Below are positions 1-8,492 of a DNA stretch of 43,311 nt, one piece after another. This DNA is from Gammaproteobacteria bacterium. Its GTDB lineage: Bacteria > Pseudomonadota > Gammaproteobacteria > GCA-2400775. Each line of letters opens with the position of its first letter. Within the stretch, counting starts at the first letter, position 1. The notes beneath the pieces were generated by a model. That model did no database searches. It was not told the DNA's origin and saw only the letters and a program-made list of their open reading frames with translations. The DNA is taken from contig JAESQP010000144.1 in assembly GCA_016765075.1 (NCBI GenBank), positions 1 to 43,311 on the forward strand, given 5' to 3'. A program made the position numbers and the translations under genes.

Positions 1-375
1 CAGCACGATGTTGAGTTAACCGCGAATCGTCTCGAGCGAATCCTACTTGATAAAGGCATGACAATATTTGCCCGAGTGAAACACGCTGAAGCGGCGTGGA
101 AATTGGGTAAAAAACTGCGTCCGACTGAATTGATTATTTTTGGCAATCCAAAAATTGGCACATTGTTGATGCAATGTCAGCAAACAGCAGCCATTGATTT
201 GCCGCAAAAGGCATTGGTCTGGGCGGATGCGGCGGGGACAGTATGGCTTAGCTATAACAACCCCGATTATATCGAGTCGCGTCATAATATTCAGGGATGC
301 GATGAAGTGACTGCCAAAATAAAAAATGCACTGGCTAGCTTTGCCAGTTTTGCAGTGTCGAAATCAGCAGAGTGA
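1..375 (+). CDS. DUF302 domain-containing protein; 5' end lies outside the window
   Basis: Frame 1 is open from base 1 (QHDVELTANRLERILLDKG precedes the listed Met at 58). The LIIFGNPKIGTLLM...AIDLPQKALVW pattern is what I recall for DUF302. Confidence 0.6.
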   Translation, partial: QHDVELTANRLERILLDKGMTIFARVKHAEAAWKLGKKLRPTELIIFGNPKIGTLLMQCQQTAAIDLPQKALVWADAAGTVWLSYNNPDYIESRHNIQGCDEVTAKIKNALASFASFAVSKSAE

Positions 376-406
376 TTGATTATTACGTTATGGGTTAGGC
401 AGAGCA

Positions 407-439
407 AGCCATGTATGGCTATTACAAGCGAAACGCTTG
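407..439. terminator. Two short hairpins between convergent DUF302 and yqhA genes (possible bidirectional terminator)
   Basis: AGCCAT-GT-ATGGCT (407-420) and CAAGCG-AAA-CGCTTG (425-439), followed by CCTTT on the + strand. Stems are only 6 bp and the U-tracts are weak. Confidence 0.3.
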
Positions 440-442
440 CCT

Positions 443-952
443 TTAGTCACGATTAGGATGCGATGATAAGCGATCCATGACAGCAAACAAGACGCCAGAT
501 ATCACAAAGGCAATAAATATAATGACTTTCCATTGAATTTCTTGTTCGTCGTAATTATTGAGATTTATGAACACTTTCAATAATTCAATGGAAGAAATGG
601 CGATAATAGAACCAATCACCTTCATCTTTAATGCCGAAAAATCGACCTTACCCATCCATGCGGGCTTGTCTTGGTAAGCAATAGTGTTAAATTTGGAGAC
701 GAAACTTTCATAGCAGCTAAAAACGATAATAAAAAGCAAGCTTGCTATCAGTGTTAGCTCGATCATATTGAGCACGCCCAACACTAGCTCAATCTGGCTG
801 AGTGAATTAAGGTCTGTGATGAGATTGAGTAATTCGCTAGCAAACTTTATAAACAACAAAGTCGTTGAGATAACGAGTCCAATTAGAAAAGGAACCAGCA
901 ACCAGCGGCTAATAAATAATAATCTTTCCAGTGCTGGTTCTAGGTTTTTCAT
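443..952 (-). CDS. yqhA: UPF0114 inner-membrane protein, YqhA family
   Basis: 169 aa. SRWLLVPFLIGL, FSCYESFVSKF and WMGKVDFSALKMKVIGSIIAISSIELLKVF are nearly colinear with E. coli YqhA as I remember it. Multiple hydrophobic helices. Confidence 0.8.
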   Translation of the reverse strand: MKNLEPALERLLFISRWLLVPFLIGLVISTTLLFIKFASELLNLITDLNSLSQIELVLGVLNMIELTLIASLLFIIVFSCYESFVSKFNTIAYQDKPAWMGKVDFSALKMKVIGSIIAISSIELLKVFINLNNYDEQEIQWKVIIFIAFVISGVLFAVMDRLSSHPNRD

Positions 953-1054
953 GGTAAAAAAATTTGGTTTTATTGTTTAGCTTGCAGAGTAACATATGAT
1001 GATTGTTCACGTTTTCTGCGGTGTCCTGTCATCCAGAACGACGCTGAGTTTATC

Positions 1055-1145
1055 GAGGTGGCTTGTTGTGAATGGCAGTGTAAGCAGAGGCAGTCTCGTT
1101 GTACCCCGAGGGCACGTAGTCCCAGACACATCAGAGGCTCCTTAA
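1055..1145. repeat. Partial copy of the intergenic palindromic-element family, ending 4 nt before the EamA start codon
   Basis: ACCCCGAGGGCACGTAG (1103-1119) is identical to 13214-13230. TCTCGTTGTACCCCGAGGGCAC resembles 24351-24374. TCGAGGTG (1055-1062) matches 13148-13155. The terminus AGAGGCTCC (1133-1141) is the reverse complement of the GGAGCCTCT terminus at 33411. Confidence 0.5.
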
Positions 1146-2027
1146 ATGAATAGCTTGCAAATCATTATTTTGCTAGTGCTTGGCGCGCTTTGGGGTGCGT
1201 CGTTTTTGTTTATGCGTGTGGCGGCACCGGAAATTGGTGCCGTGTGGTTGACTGAGTTACGCGTATTGTTGGCTGGCTTGGTATTGTTACCATGGTTGTT
1301 TTGGCAAAGACGATGGACGTTGATGCGTTTACATGCGCGCGATTTATTTGTTGTTGGCGCGCTTAATAGCGCATTACCATTCGTGTTGATTGCCTATATT
1401 ACGACTTCAGTGACGGCAGGAGTGAGTTCGATATTGAATGCGATTGTGCCTATCGTAGGTATTGTTTTTGCCTATTTTTTTGCAAAAGAAAAGCTAACGT
1501 GGTCCCAGTTAATAGGTGTTATTTCAGGTTTTTTCGGTGTGATGATATTGATGTTGTGGCAGCAAGCCGAAATTTCATCGCCTTCACCACTGATGGTGTT
1601 AGCGGCGCTTGTGGCCTCAATTTCTTATGTCGCTGGCGCACATTATACGAAACAGCGCTTGGCCAAAATTCCATCTATCGCTTTTGTCATAGGAACACAA
1701 TTAGCGGCGGCGATTCTGTTGCTGCCTTTATTACCATTTTTTGTTCCGCAGCAATACCCTAGCATGGCAGCAGTCGGGTCTATAGTTGCTTTGGCAGTAC
1801 TCTCAACTTCCTTAGCATTTATCTGGTATTTTAAACTCATTCACCAGATAGGGCCGACAAAAACCCTTATGGTGACATACCTTGTTCCTTTTTTCGGCAT
1901 GCTCTGGGGCGCATTGTTGCTTGGCGAGGTGATTACCATTAACCAAGTTGCTGGCGCCGTCTTAATACTTGCAGGAGTTGCGCTATCGCTAAATAGTTTC
2001 AGCTTAAAAAATACCACGAAATTATGA
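1146..2027 (+). CDS. EamA/DMT-superfamily permease
   Basis: 293 aa with about 10 hydrophobic helices in two EamA-like halves. Its stop overlaps the bioA start (ATGA at 2024-2027). Confidence 0.8.
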   Translation: MNSLQIIILLVLGALWGASFLFMRVAAPEIGAVWLTELRVLLAGLVLLPWLFWQRRWTLMRLHARDLFVVGALNSALPFVLIAYITTSVTAGVSSILNAIVPIVGIVFAYFFAKEKLTWSQLIGVISGFFGVMILMLWQQAEISSPSPLMVLAALVASISYVAGAHYTKQRLAKIPSIAFVIGTQLAAAILLLPLLPFFVPQQYPSMAAVGSIVALAVLSTSLAFIWYFKLIHQIGPTKTLMVTYLVPFFGMLWGALLLGEVITINQVAGAVLILAGVALSLNSFSLKNTTKL

Positions 2028-3295
2028 GTATGGATATTGACCCAATAGATCACAATCATATCTGGCACCCTTATAGTGCCATGCATTCAGATTTGCCGAT
2101 TTACACAGTCGATTCTGCCAAAGGTGTCCGCATAAAATTAAAAGATGGTCGCGAGTTGATCGACGGAATGTCGTCGTGGTGGTGTGCCATTCATGGTTAT
2201 AACCATCCCGAAATGAATATTGCGCTAACTCAACAGCTCGATAAAATGGCGCATATTATGTTTGGTGGTTTTACCCATACTCCAGCTATCGAGTTAACCA
2301 GGTTGTTGATTGAGATGTCACCAAAACCATTGCAAACCGTTTTTTATTCTGACTCAGGGTCGGTTGCAGTGGAAGTGGCCATGAAAATGGCCATTCAATA
2401 TTGGCATGCCAAAGGGAAACCACAACGGCAACGCTTTGTCAGTCTGCGTTGCGGTTATCACGGTGACACCATTGGTGCTATGTCAGTCTCTGACTCTAAA
2501 ACCGGAATGCATAGTGTTTTCAATCAAGTATTGCAAAAAAATCTGTTTGTAGCACAGCCCACTTGTCGTTTTGGTGAGCCTTGTCCTGATGAAGAATTGC
2601 TGTTGCTAAAAAATACCTTAGAGAACAATAAGGATATTGCGGCATTAATATTAGAGCCTATTGTGCAAGCGGCAGGCGGAATGTGGTTTTATTCAAAAGA
2701 ATATTTGCAAAAAGCACGACAGCTTTGTCATGAGTTCGGTGTCTTATTCATAGCTGATGAGATTGCGACAGGGTTTGCTCGAACGGGTGAATTATTTGCT
2801 TGCAACCATGCAGATATCTCGCCAGACATAATGTGCCTGGGTAAAACACTAACGGGGGGTTATTTAACACTGGCCGCCACGCTGGCAACCAACGATATCG
2901 CAGCAACCATTGATAGCGGTGACCCTGGCGTATTCATGCATGGCCCTACCTTTATGGCGAACCCTCTGGCCTGTATTGCAGCATTGACGAGCATAAAATT
3001 ATTATTAGCTTCTTCTTGGCAAGAAAATATCAAACGTATCGAGTCAGGGCTTCGCAACGGCTTGGATCCATGCCGAGAGTTTAATCAGGTTAAAGACGTA
3101 AGGATTCTTGGAGCAATAGGTGTCGTCGAATTAAAGCAGCCCGTTGATATGAAAGCCATTACGCAAGCGTTTGTTAAACAGGGTGTTTGGCTGCGGCCTT
3201 TCGGCAGACTTGTTTACTTGATGCCGCCGTATATTATTAAACAAAGAGACTTGGCTTTTCTCTGTGAATCCGTATGCACGGTTTTGCGAAGATAG
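2024..3295 (+). CDS. bioA: Adenosylmethionine-8-amino-7-oxononanoate aminotransferase
   Basis: 423 aa class-III aminotransferase. Motifs: HIWHPYS, SSWWCAIHGYNHP, DEIATGFARTGELFA, and the PLP-lysine context CLGKTLTGGYL. Confidence 0.9.
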   Translation: MSMDIDPIDHNHIWHPYSAMHSDLPIYTVDSAKGVRIKLKDGRELIDGMSSWWCAIHGYNHPEMNIALTQQLDKMAHIMFGGFTHTPAIELTRLLIEMSPKPLQTVFYSDSGSVAVEVAMKMAIQYWHAKGKPQRQRFVSLRCGYHGDTIGAMSVSDSKTGMHSVFNQVLQKNLFVAQPTCRFGEPCPDEELLLLKNTLENNKDIAALILEPIVQAAGGMWFYSKEYLQKARQLCHEFGVLFIADEIATGFARTGELFACNHADISPDIMCLGKTLTGGYLTLAATLATNDIAATIDSGDPGVFMHGPTFMANPLACIAALTSIKLLLASSWQENIKRIESGLRNGLDPCREFNQVKDVRILGAIGVVELKQPVDMKAITQAFVKQGVWLRPFGRLVYLMPPYIIKQRDLAFLCESVCTVLRR

Positions 3296-3419
3296 TTTTA
3301 AATTGCTTTTATTTGTAAAGTAATTATTCTTATTAGGTTATAGAAAATCAAGGCGTGTTAATGTTGGGATTGAGCTACTAATATTAAGGGCAGCGTAAGG
3401 TTTGATGGCTCAATAGAGT

Positions 3420-4061
3420 TTGAGTTATGAAGTTTTAGCACTAAAATATATGCTTATTATGAAAAATAATATAAAAAAAACCAATACATCAGAGCGCATA
3501 CTGGACGTCACCCAGGAGCTTATTCAGTCTCGTGGATATAGCGCGATAAGCTTTAATGATATTGCGAAAGAAGTGGGTATTAAAAAGCCAAGCATTTTGT
3601 ACCATTATCCGAGTAAGGTTGCCTTGGGTGTGGCAGTGGTTGCCCGATATCGAAAAAATTTTTCTATGATGCTAGACAAGGCGTTGAGAAATCGTGAAAT
3701 CAGCCCTGCCAAGATGATGGATTTTTATTTTTCTCCTTATTTAGACTTAGGAAAAAAGAATGAAAAAATATGCTTATGCGGCGCATTGGCGGGTGAATAC
3801 ATGGCTTTACCGAAAGGTCTTAGAGATGAAGTCACATTATTCCTTGAAGACGGCAAAAAATGGTTAACGACTATATTGAAGTTAGGTAAAAGTACGGGTG
3901 ATTTTAGTTTCGATGGTAGCCCAGTAGTCATGGCAAATTTAGTATTGGATGCTTTGCAAGGCTCTCTTATTGTCAGCCGAGCAATGTCAAATAAGAATCA
4001 TGTTAAAAAAACGATAGCCGCGCTAAAAACCGAACTTGGCCTACAGAGCCGTATCACGTAA
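3420..4061 (+). CDS. TetR/AcrR family transcriptional regulator
   Basis: N-terminal HTH: ERILDVTQELIQSRGYSAISFNDIAKEVGIKKPSILYHYPSK. The ORF-track start is TTG at 3420; ATG at 3450 or 3459 is more likely the real start. Confidence 0.85.
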   Translation: MSYEVLALKYMLIMKNNIKKTNTSERILDVTQELIQSRGYSAISFNDIAKEVGIKKPSILYHYPSKVALGVAVVARYRKNFSMMLDKALRNREISPAKMMDFYFSPYLDLGKKNEKICLCGALAGEYMALPKGLRDEVTLFLEDGKKWLTTILKLGKSTGDFSFDGSPVVMANLVLDALQGSLIVSRAMSNKNHVKKTIAALKTELGLQSRIT

Positions 4062-4151
4062 AACGAGACATAAAACTTACTCACAAGTCTGACGTTCCCT
4101 TGTTTCCGCTATTGTGAAAATGCCAATATATTAATGACATGATTGGTGGCC

Positions 4152-4202
4152 TTGACAGTATGAATAGTCCTCATTTATTATTAACTACCAACCGTTAGGT
4201 AG
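4152..4202 (+). promoter_or_regulatory. Candidate sigma70 promoter with an overlapping 18-bp palindromic operator upstream of the first GST
   Basis: TTGACA (4152-4157), 18-nt spacer, TATTAT (4176-4181). Then CTACCAACCGTTAGGTAG (4185-4202), where 7 of 9 positions pair as a palindrome. AGGAG lies 6 nt before ATG 4228. Confidence 0.45.
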
Positions 4203-4227
4203 ATAATAGCCAAAACAGGAGAAATTA

Positions 4228-4839
4228 ATGAAACTTTATGAATTTGAAGCATTTCCCAACCCGCGTCGTGTACGTATATTTTTGGCAGAAAAAGGTATTG
4301 AAGTCCCAAGAGAGCAAATCAATGTGTTAGAAGGCGAGCATAGAACAGATGCTTATAAAGCTAAAAATCCCAGTGCTACCGTTCCTTGCCTGGAACTTGA
4401 TGATGGTAGTTACATTAGTGGTTGTGTCGCGATATGTCGTTATTTCGAAGCAGCGAATCTGACACCAGTATTAATGGGCAGCACACCTGCTGAACAGGCT
4501 GCTGTATCTATGTGGCAGCGTCGAGTTGAAGAAGGTTTGATGGACGCATCGACGACATATTTTCACCATGCAACCCCAGGGCTGGGTGAATTGGAGTTAT
4601 ACCAGAATAAAGATTGGGGCATGAAGAGTCGTGAGCGTACGATTGCCACTATGAAATGGTTGGATAAAGAGCTTGCTGGTAAACCATTTATAGCGGGCAG
4701 TAGTTTTTCTATTGCTGATATTACCGCCTTATGCGCGATTGATTTCGTCATGTTTGCTGAGATCGCGACGCTGGATAGTTATCCAAATCTCAAGCGTTGG
4801 TATGGTGAGGTTTCTGCACGTGATAGCGCTAAGGCGTAA
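4228..4839 (+). CDS. Glutathione S-transferase family protein
   Basis: 203 aa. N-terminal thioredoxin-like half (VPCLELDDGSYISG) and helical C-terminal half (FSIADITALCAIDF). Strong SD. Confidence 0.8.
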   Translation: MKLYEFEAFPNPRRVRIFLAEKGIEVPREQINVLEGEHRTDAYKAKNPSATVPCLELDDGSYISGCVAICRYFEAANLTPVLMGSTPAEQAAVSMWQRRVEEGLMDASTTYFHHATPGLGELELYQNKDWGMKSRERTIATMKWLDKELAGKPFIAGSSFSIADITALCAIDFVMFAEIATLDSYPNLKRWYGEVSARDSAKA

Positions 4840-4875
4840 GTTTAGCTAATCCAGTCAAATCCTTAAGTTCACGAT

Positions 4876-5553
4876 ATGAAGATTAACGCTGACCTTACAA
4901 AACGAGCTGTAGTAAACAGTAGTTTAGTTGATTGGATTGCATCACCTTTGCCTGGTGTGGACCGTAAGATGTTAGAGCGTGACGGTGACGAAGTGGCTCG
5001 TGTTACCTCAATTGTGCGTTATGCGCCAGGCAGTTCTTTTTCACCACATGTGCATACTGGCGGAGAAGAATTTATCGTTCTTGAAGGTGTTTTTTCTGAT
5101 GAGATGGGTGATTTTAAAATCGACACCTATGTCAGAAACCCGGTTGGTTCTAGTCATAAACCTGCTAGCGAGTTTGGCTGTCAAATATTCGTTAAGCTGT
5201 GGCAGATGCATCCTGATGACCAGGAATATGTTCGTATAGACATCAATCAGCCAGAAGGTTGGCAGTCAGGTGGGCAAGAGGGTGAGTCGATATTGTCTTT
5301 ACATCACACTGACTATGAAAAGGTGAGTGTCGCTCAATGGTCTGCCGGTTTTGGGGCGAGTGAGCTACGTAGTTATAGCGGTGGCGCAGAGTTTTTTGTC
5401 CTTTCTGGTAGTTTTTTTGATGAGAGTGGTCACTATGAAAAGGGTGTTTGGTTGCGCTTGCCAATAGGGGCTAGCCATACACCAAAGAGTAAGGAAGGCT
5501 GCAAGGTGTATATAAAAACTGGTCATCTGGTACACGAATTACCAAAGCCTTGA
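4876..5553 (+). CDS. ChrR-like cupin (bicupin) protein
   Basis: 225 aa in two cupin-like halves. The first carries HVHTGGEEFIVLEG. Resembles the C-terminal cupin of the ChrR anti-sigma family but has no N-terminal zinc anti-sigma domain. Confidence 0.65.
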   Translation: MKINADLTKRAVVNSSLVDWIASPLPGVDRKMLERDGDEVARVTSIVRYAPGSSFSPHVHTGGEEFIVLEGVFSDEMGDFKIDTYVRNPVGSSHKPASEFGCQIFVKLWQMHPDDQEYVRIDINQPEGWQSGGQEGESILSLHHTDYEKVSVAQWSAGFGASELRSYSGGAEFFVLSGSFFDESGHYEKGVWLRLPIGASHTPKSKEGCKVYIKTGHLVHELPKP

Positions 5554-5603
5554 GGCTAAGGGTAGTTGGTGAAGGTTTATTTTCGATTGATAGAGATTAA
5601 CAG

Positions 5604-6263
5604 ATGATTGATTTATACACAGCGGCAACACCTAATGGCATTAAAGTGTCTATAGCGTTGGAAGAACTGTCCTTACCCTATAAAGTGAATCATCTCAATC
5701 TTGCTGACAGAGATCAAAAAAAATCAGAGTATTTAAAGATCAACCCCAATGGTCGTATCCCAGCCATTGTTGATCGGGATAATGATGACTTTGCCGTCTT
5801 TGAGTCAGGCGCAATCTTGCTTTATCTTGCAGAAAAAACCGGACGCTTGCTACCTAAAGATAACAACGGGCGATCTCAGGTCATTCAATGGCTGATGTTT
5901 CAAATAGGTGGCATAGGCCCCATGCAAGGTCAGGCCAATGTGTTTTATCGTTATTTTCCAGAAAAAATTCCAGCGGTAATAGAGCGCTACCAGCATGAGA
6001 CACGCAGACTGTATGAAGTGCTGGATCGACAGCTAGAAGGGCGTGAATATATTTGCGATGACTACTCAATTGCCGATATCGCTCACTGGAGTTGGGTCAG
6101 TTGGTATGAATGGGCAGATATCAATGTTGATGGCTTGGACAATCTTATGCGTTGGCACCAGACAATGTTATCGCGGCCAGCTGTGCAACGTGGAAGAAAT
6201 ATCCCTCCCTCGTTTGATGATGAGACTTTGGTCAATGTCGCGCAAAGTATGTTGCAAAAATAA
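5604..6263 (+). CDS. Nu-class glutathione S-transferase / GSH-dependent disulfide reductase, YfcG-like
   Basis: [40 protein letters not shown] and [15 protein letters not shown] are colinear with E. coli YfcG as remembered. Confidence 0.8.
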   Translation: MIDLYTAATPNGIKVSIALEELSLPYKVNHLNLADRDQKKSEYLKINPNGRIPAIVDRDNDDFAVFESGAILLYLAEKTGRLLPKDNNGRSQVIQWLMFQIGGIGPMQGQANVFYRYFPEKIPAVIERYQHETRRLYEVLDRQLEGREYICDDYSIADIAHWSWVSWYEWADINVDGLDNLMRWHQTMLSRPAVQRGRNIPPSFDDETLVNVAQSMLQK

Positions 6264-6297
6264 TGACTTCATTCGTCTCGCCGTCATTAAGGTGTAG

Positions 6298-6374
<77 letters not shown>

Positions 6375-6386
6375 GTAAGCGGAGAG

Positions 6387-6561
6387 CTTCAACCTAGAAA
6401 ACGCAGTTGGGCGCAGAAAAGGCATGCAAGATATTGATGTGCATAGCAAATTCAAAAACTGTGTAGTTACCTTATTGGTGATTAGCAAGTTTTTGAATTT
6501 GCTAGGTGCATTAAGAGCTTGTATGAACTTCTGTGATTCATCTGTGTTTTCTAGGTTCAAG
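6387..6561. repeat. Two-tier nested inverted repeat filling the rpoD-tRNA spacer
   Basis: Outer arms are CTTCAACCTAGAAAACGCAG (6387-6406) and CTGTGTTTTCTAGGTTCAAG (6542-6561), 18 of 20 complementary. Inner arms 6446-6460 and 6488-6502 are a perfect 15-bp complement (GCAAATTCAAAAACT / AGTTTTTGAATTTGC), extendable to 6440-6510 with a 2-nt bulge. Confidence 0.8.
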
Positions 6562-6571
6562 GCGGCGTTAT

Positions 6572-8407
6572 TTAAGAGCTGCCGCTTTGAGGATTGTTAT
6601 CACTGTCGAGGAAGCTGCGCAGACGCTCGGAACGCGTGGGGTGACGCAGTTTGCGTAGGGCTTTGGCCTCGATTTGACGAATACGTTCGCGTGTCACATC
6701 AAATTGCTTGCCGACTTCTTCCAAGGTGTGGTCAGTATTCATGCCGATGCCAAAACGCATGCGTAGTACTTTTGCCTCGCGGGCAGTAAGGCTTTCTAGC
6801 ACGTTTTGAGTTTGTTCGCGCAGACCTTCAAACGTTGCCGCCTCGGGTGGCGACATTACATTACCGTCTTCAATAAAATCACCGAGGTGTGAATCTTCGT
6901 CATCACCAATTGGCGTTTCCATTGAGATGGGCTCTTTGGCAATCTTAAGCACTTTGCGTACTTTATCTTCAGGCATTTCCATGCATTCAGCCAGCTCTTC
7001 GGGTGTCGCTTCGCGGCCCATCTTTTGCAGCATTTGGCGCGAGATACGATTGAGCTTGTTGATGGTTTCAATCATGTGCACTGGAATACGAATGGTGCGT
7101 GCTTGATCAGCAATCGAGCGAGTAATCGCTTGGCGAATCCACCAGGTTGCATAGGTCGAAAATTTATAACCACGGCGGTATTCAAACTTGTCGACGGCTT
7201 TCATAAGGCCGACGTTACCTTCCTGAATTAAATCAAGGAACTGTAGTCCGCGGTTAGTGTATTTTTTGGCGATAGAAATAACGAGACGTAGGTTGGCCTC
7301 AATCATTTCTTTTTTTGCACGACGCGCCTTGGCGTCACCAATCGACATTTTGCGATTGATGTCTTTGATTTCATTGATGCTGAAATTCCATTTCTTTTCA
7401 AGCTCGACAAGTTGTGTTTGCTCGTTTTTAATAGTGTCTTTACGCTCTTTCAGCGCGTCTGAATACTTGGCGCCGGAGGCAATTTCACGATCCAGCCATT
7501 CAAGATCAGTTTCATTATCGGGAAAGCTAGTAATAAACGCTTTACGTGGCATGCGTGCTTCGTTCATGCAGAGGTCCATGATGTTGCGCTCATGCGTACG
7601 AATGACATTAACCACGTCACGCAGGGCGGCAATTAGGCGCACAGATAGTTTTGGTATGAGCTTTAAACGCTTAAAACAATCATCAAGTTTCTCAATAGCG
7701 TTGATAGTGGTTTTGTGCTCCCTGCCATTTTTGCTACGTGATTTTTGCACTTTATCAAACAACTTACCTAATCTGGCAAAGTGTTCAGCAGCTTGCTCTG
7801 GGTCAGGGCCGGTATCTTTTACTTCTTCCTCATCATCTTTTTTGTCCTCGGCTGTGCGTGCCGCGGCGGGTTTTGGGATGGCTTCAGTATCGAGATCCTC
7901 ATCAGTAAGGAATTTGACGATAATATCTGTCAAACGTTTCTCTTCATTTTTGAAGAGCGCATAGTCATCCAACAGGGTTTGAATTGTCGGTGGAAAGGTT
8001 GCTAGCGCTGACATCATTTGTGACAGGCCGGCTTCAATGCGCTTGGCAATACGAATTTCGCCTTGTCGTGTCAGTAGCTCGACAGTACCCATTTCACGCA
8101 TATACATACGCACGGGGTCGGTAGTGCGGCCAAAATCGCTGCCGACAATGGCTAAGGCAGCAGCGGCTTCATCGGCGCTATCTTCATCAACAGCATCTTT
8201 TTTCATAATGAGGCTGTCTGCGTCAGGCGCAACTTCGTGAACCTCAATGCCCATGTCATTGATCATGTTAACGATATCTTCGATTTGCTCCGGATCGACA
8301 ATGGTGTCGGGGAGGTGGTCGTTAACTTCGCGATAGGTCAGGTAACCCTGCTCTTTTCCTTTTGCGATCAATAACTTAAGCTGGGATTGCTGCTGTTTGG
8401 CATCCAT
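6572..8407 (-). CDS. rpoD: RNA polymerase sigma-70 factor RpoD
   Basis: 611 aa. Acidic region 1, region 2 [26 protein letters not shown], and region 4.2 [30 protein letters not shown]. Confidence 0.98.
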   Translation of the reverse strand: MDAKQQQSQLKLLIAKGKEQGYLTYREVNDHLPDTIVDPEQIEDIVNMINDMGIEVHEVAPDADSLIMKKDAVDEDSADEAAAALAIVGSDFGRTTDPVRMYMREMGTVELLTRQGEIRIAKRIEAGLSQMMSALATFPPTIQTLLDDYALFKNEEKRLTDIIVKFLTDEDLDTEAIPKPAAARTAEDKKDDEEEVKDTGPDPEQAAEHFARLGKLFDKVQKSRSKNGREHKTTINAIEKLDDCFKRLKLIPKLSVRLIAALRDVVNVIRTHERNIMDLCMNEARMPRKAFITSFPDNETDLEWLDREIASGAKYSDALKERKDTIKNEQTQLVELEKKWNFSINEIKDINRKMSIGDAKARRAKKEMIEANLRLVISIAKKYTNRGLQFLDLIQEGNVGLMKAVDKFEYRRGYKFSTYATWWIRQAITRSIADQARTIRIPVHMIETINKLNRISRQMLQKMGREATPEELAECMEMPEDKVRKVLKIAKEPISMETPIGDDEDSHLGDFIEDGNVMSPPEAATFEGLREQTQNVLESLTAREAKVLRMRFGIGMNTDHTLEEVGKQFDVTRERIRQIEAKALRKLRHPTRSERLRSFLDSDNNPQSGSS

Positions 8408-8492
8408 CGGGGGTGAAACCTTGAGGTTGGTAAATTTAAAAAATAGAACCGTTAATTATACCTGATATTGAGGGCTTTTGGGTAGCTTAGTC

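Noticed and set aside
953-1145. Looked for a BirA operator (TTGTAAACC...GGTTTACAA type) upstream of the EamA-bioA pair
   Set aside because: No such palindrome is present. The region instead carries the partial repeat element.
7257-7964. 235-aa ORF on the + strand inside rpoD
   Set aside because: It lies entirely antisense to a highly conserved gene, its translation is Ser/Arg/Leu-rich and low in complexity, and there is no ribosome-binding site. This is a typical shadow ORF.
8455-8460. Perfect TATAAT (minus strand) in the dnaG-rpoD spacer as an rpoD promoter
   Set aside because: There is no acceptable -35 element (ACCCAA at 17 nt) and no extended -10 TG. A lone hexamer in AT-rich DNA is insufficient.
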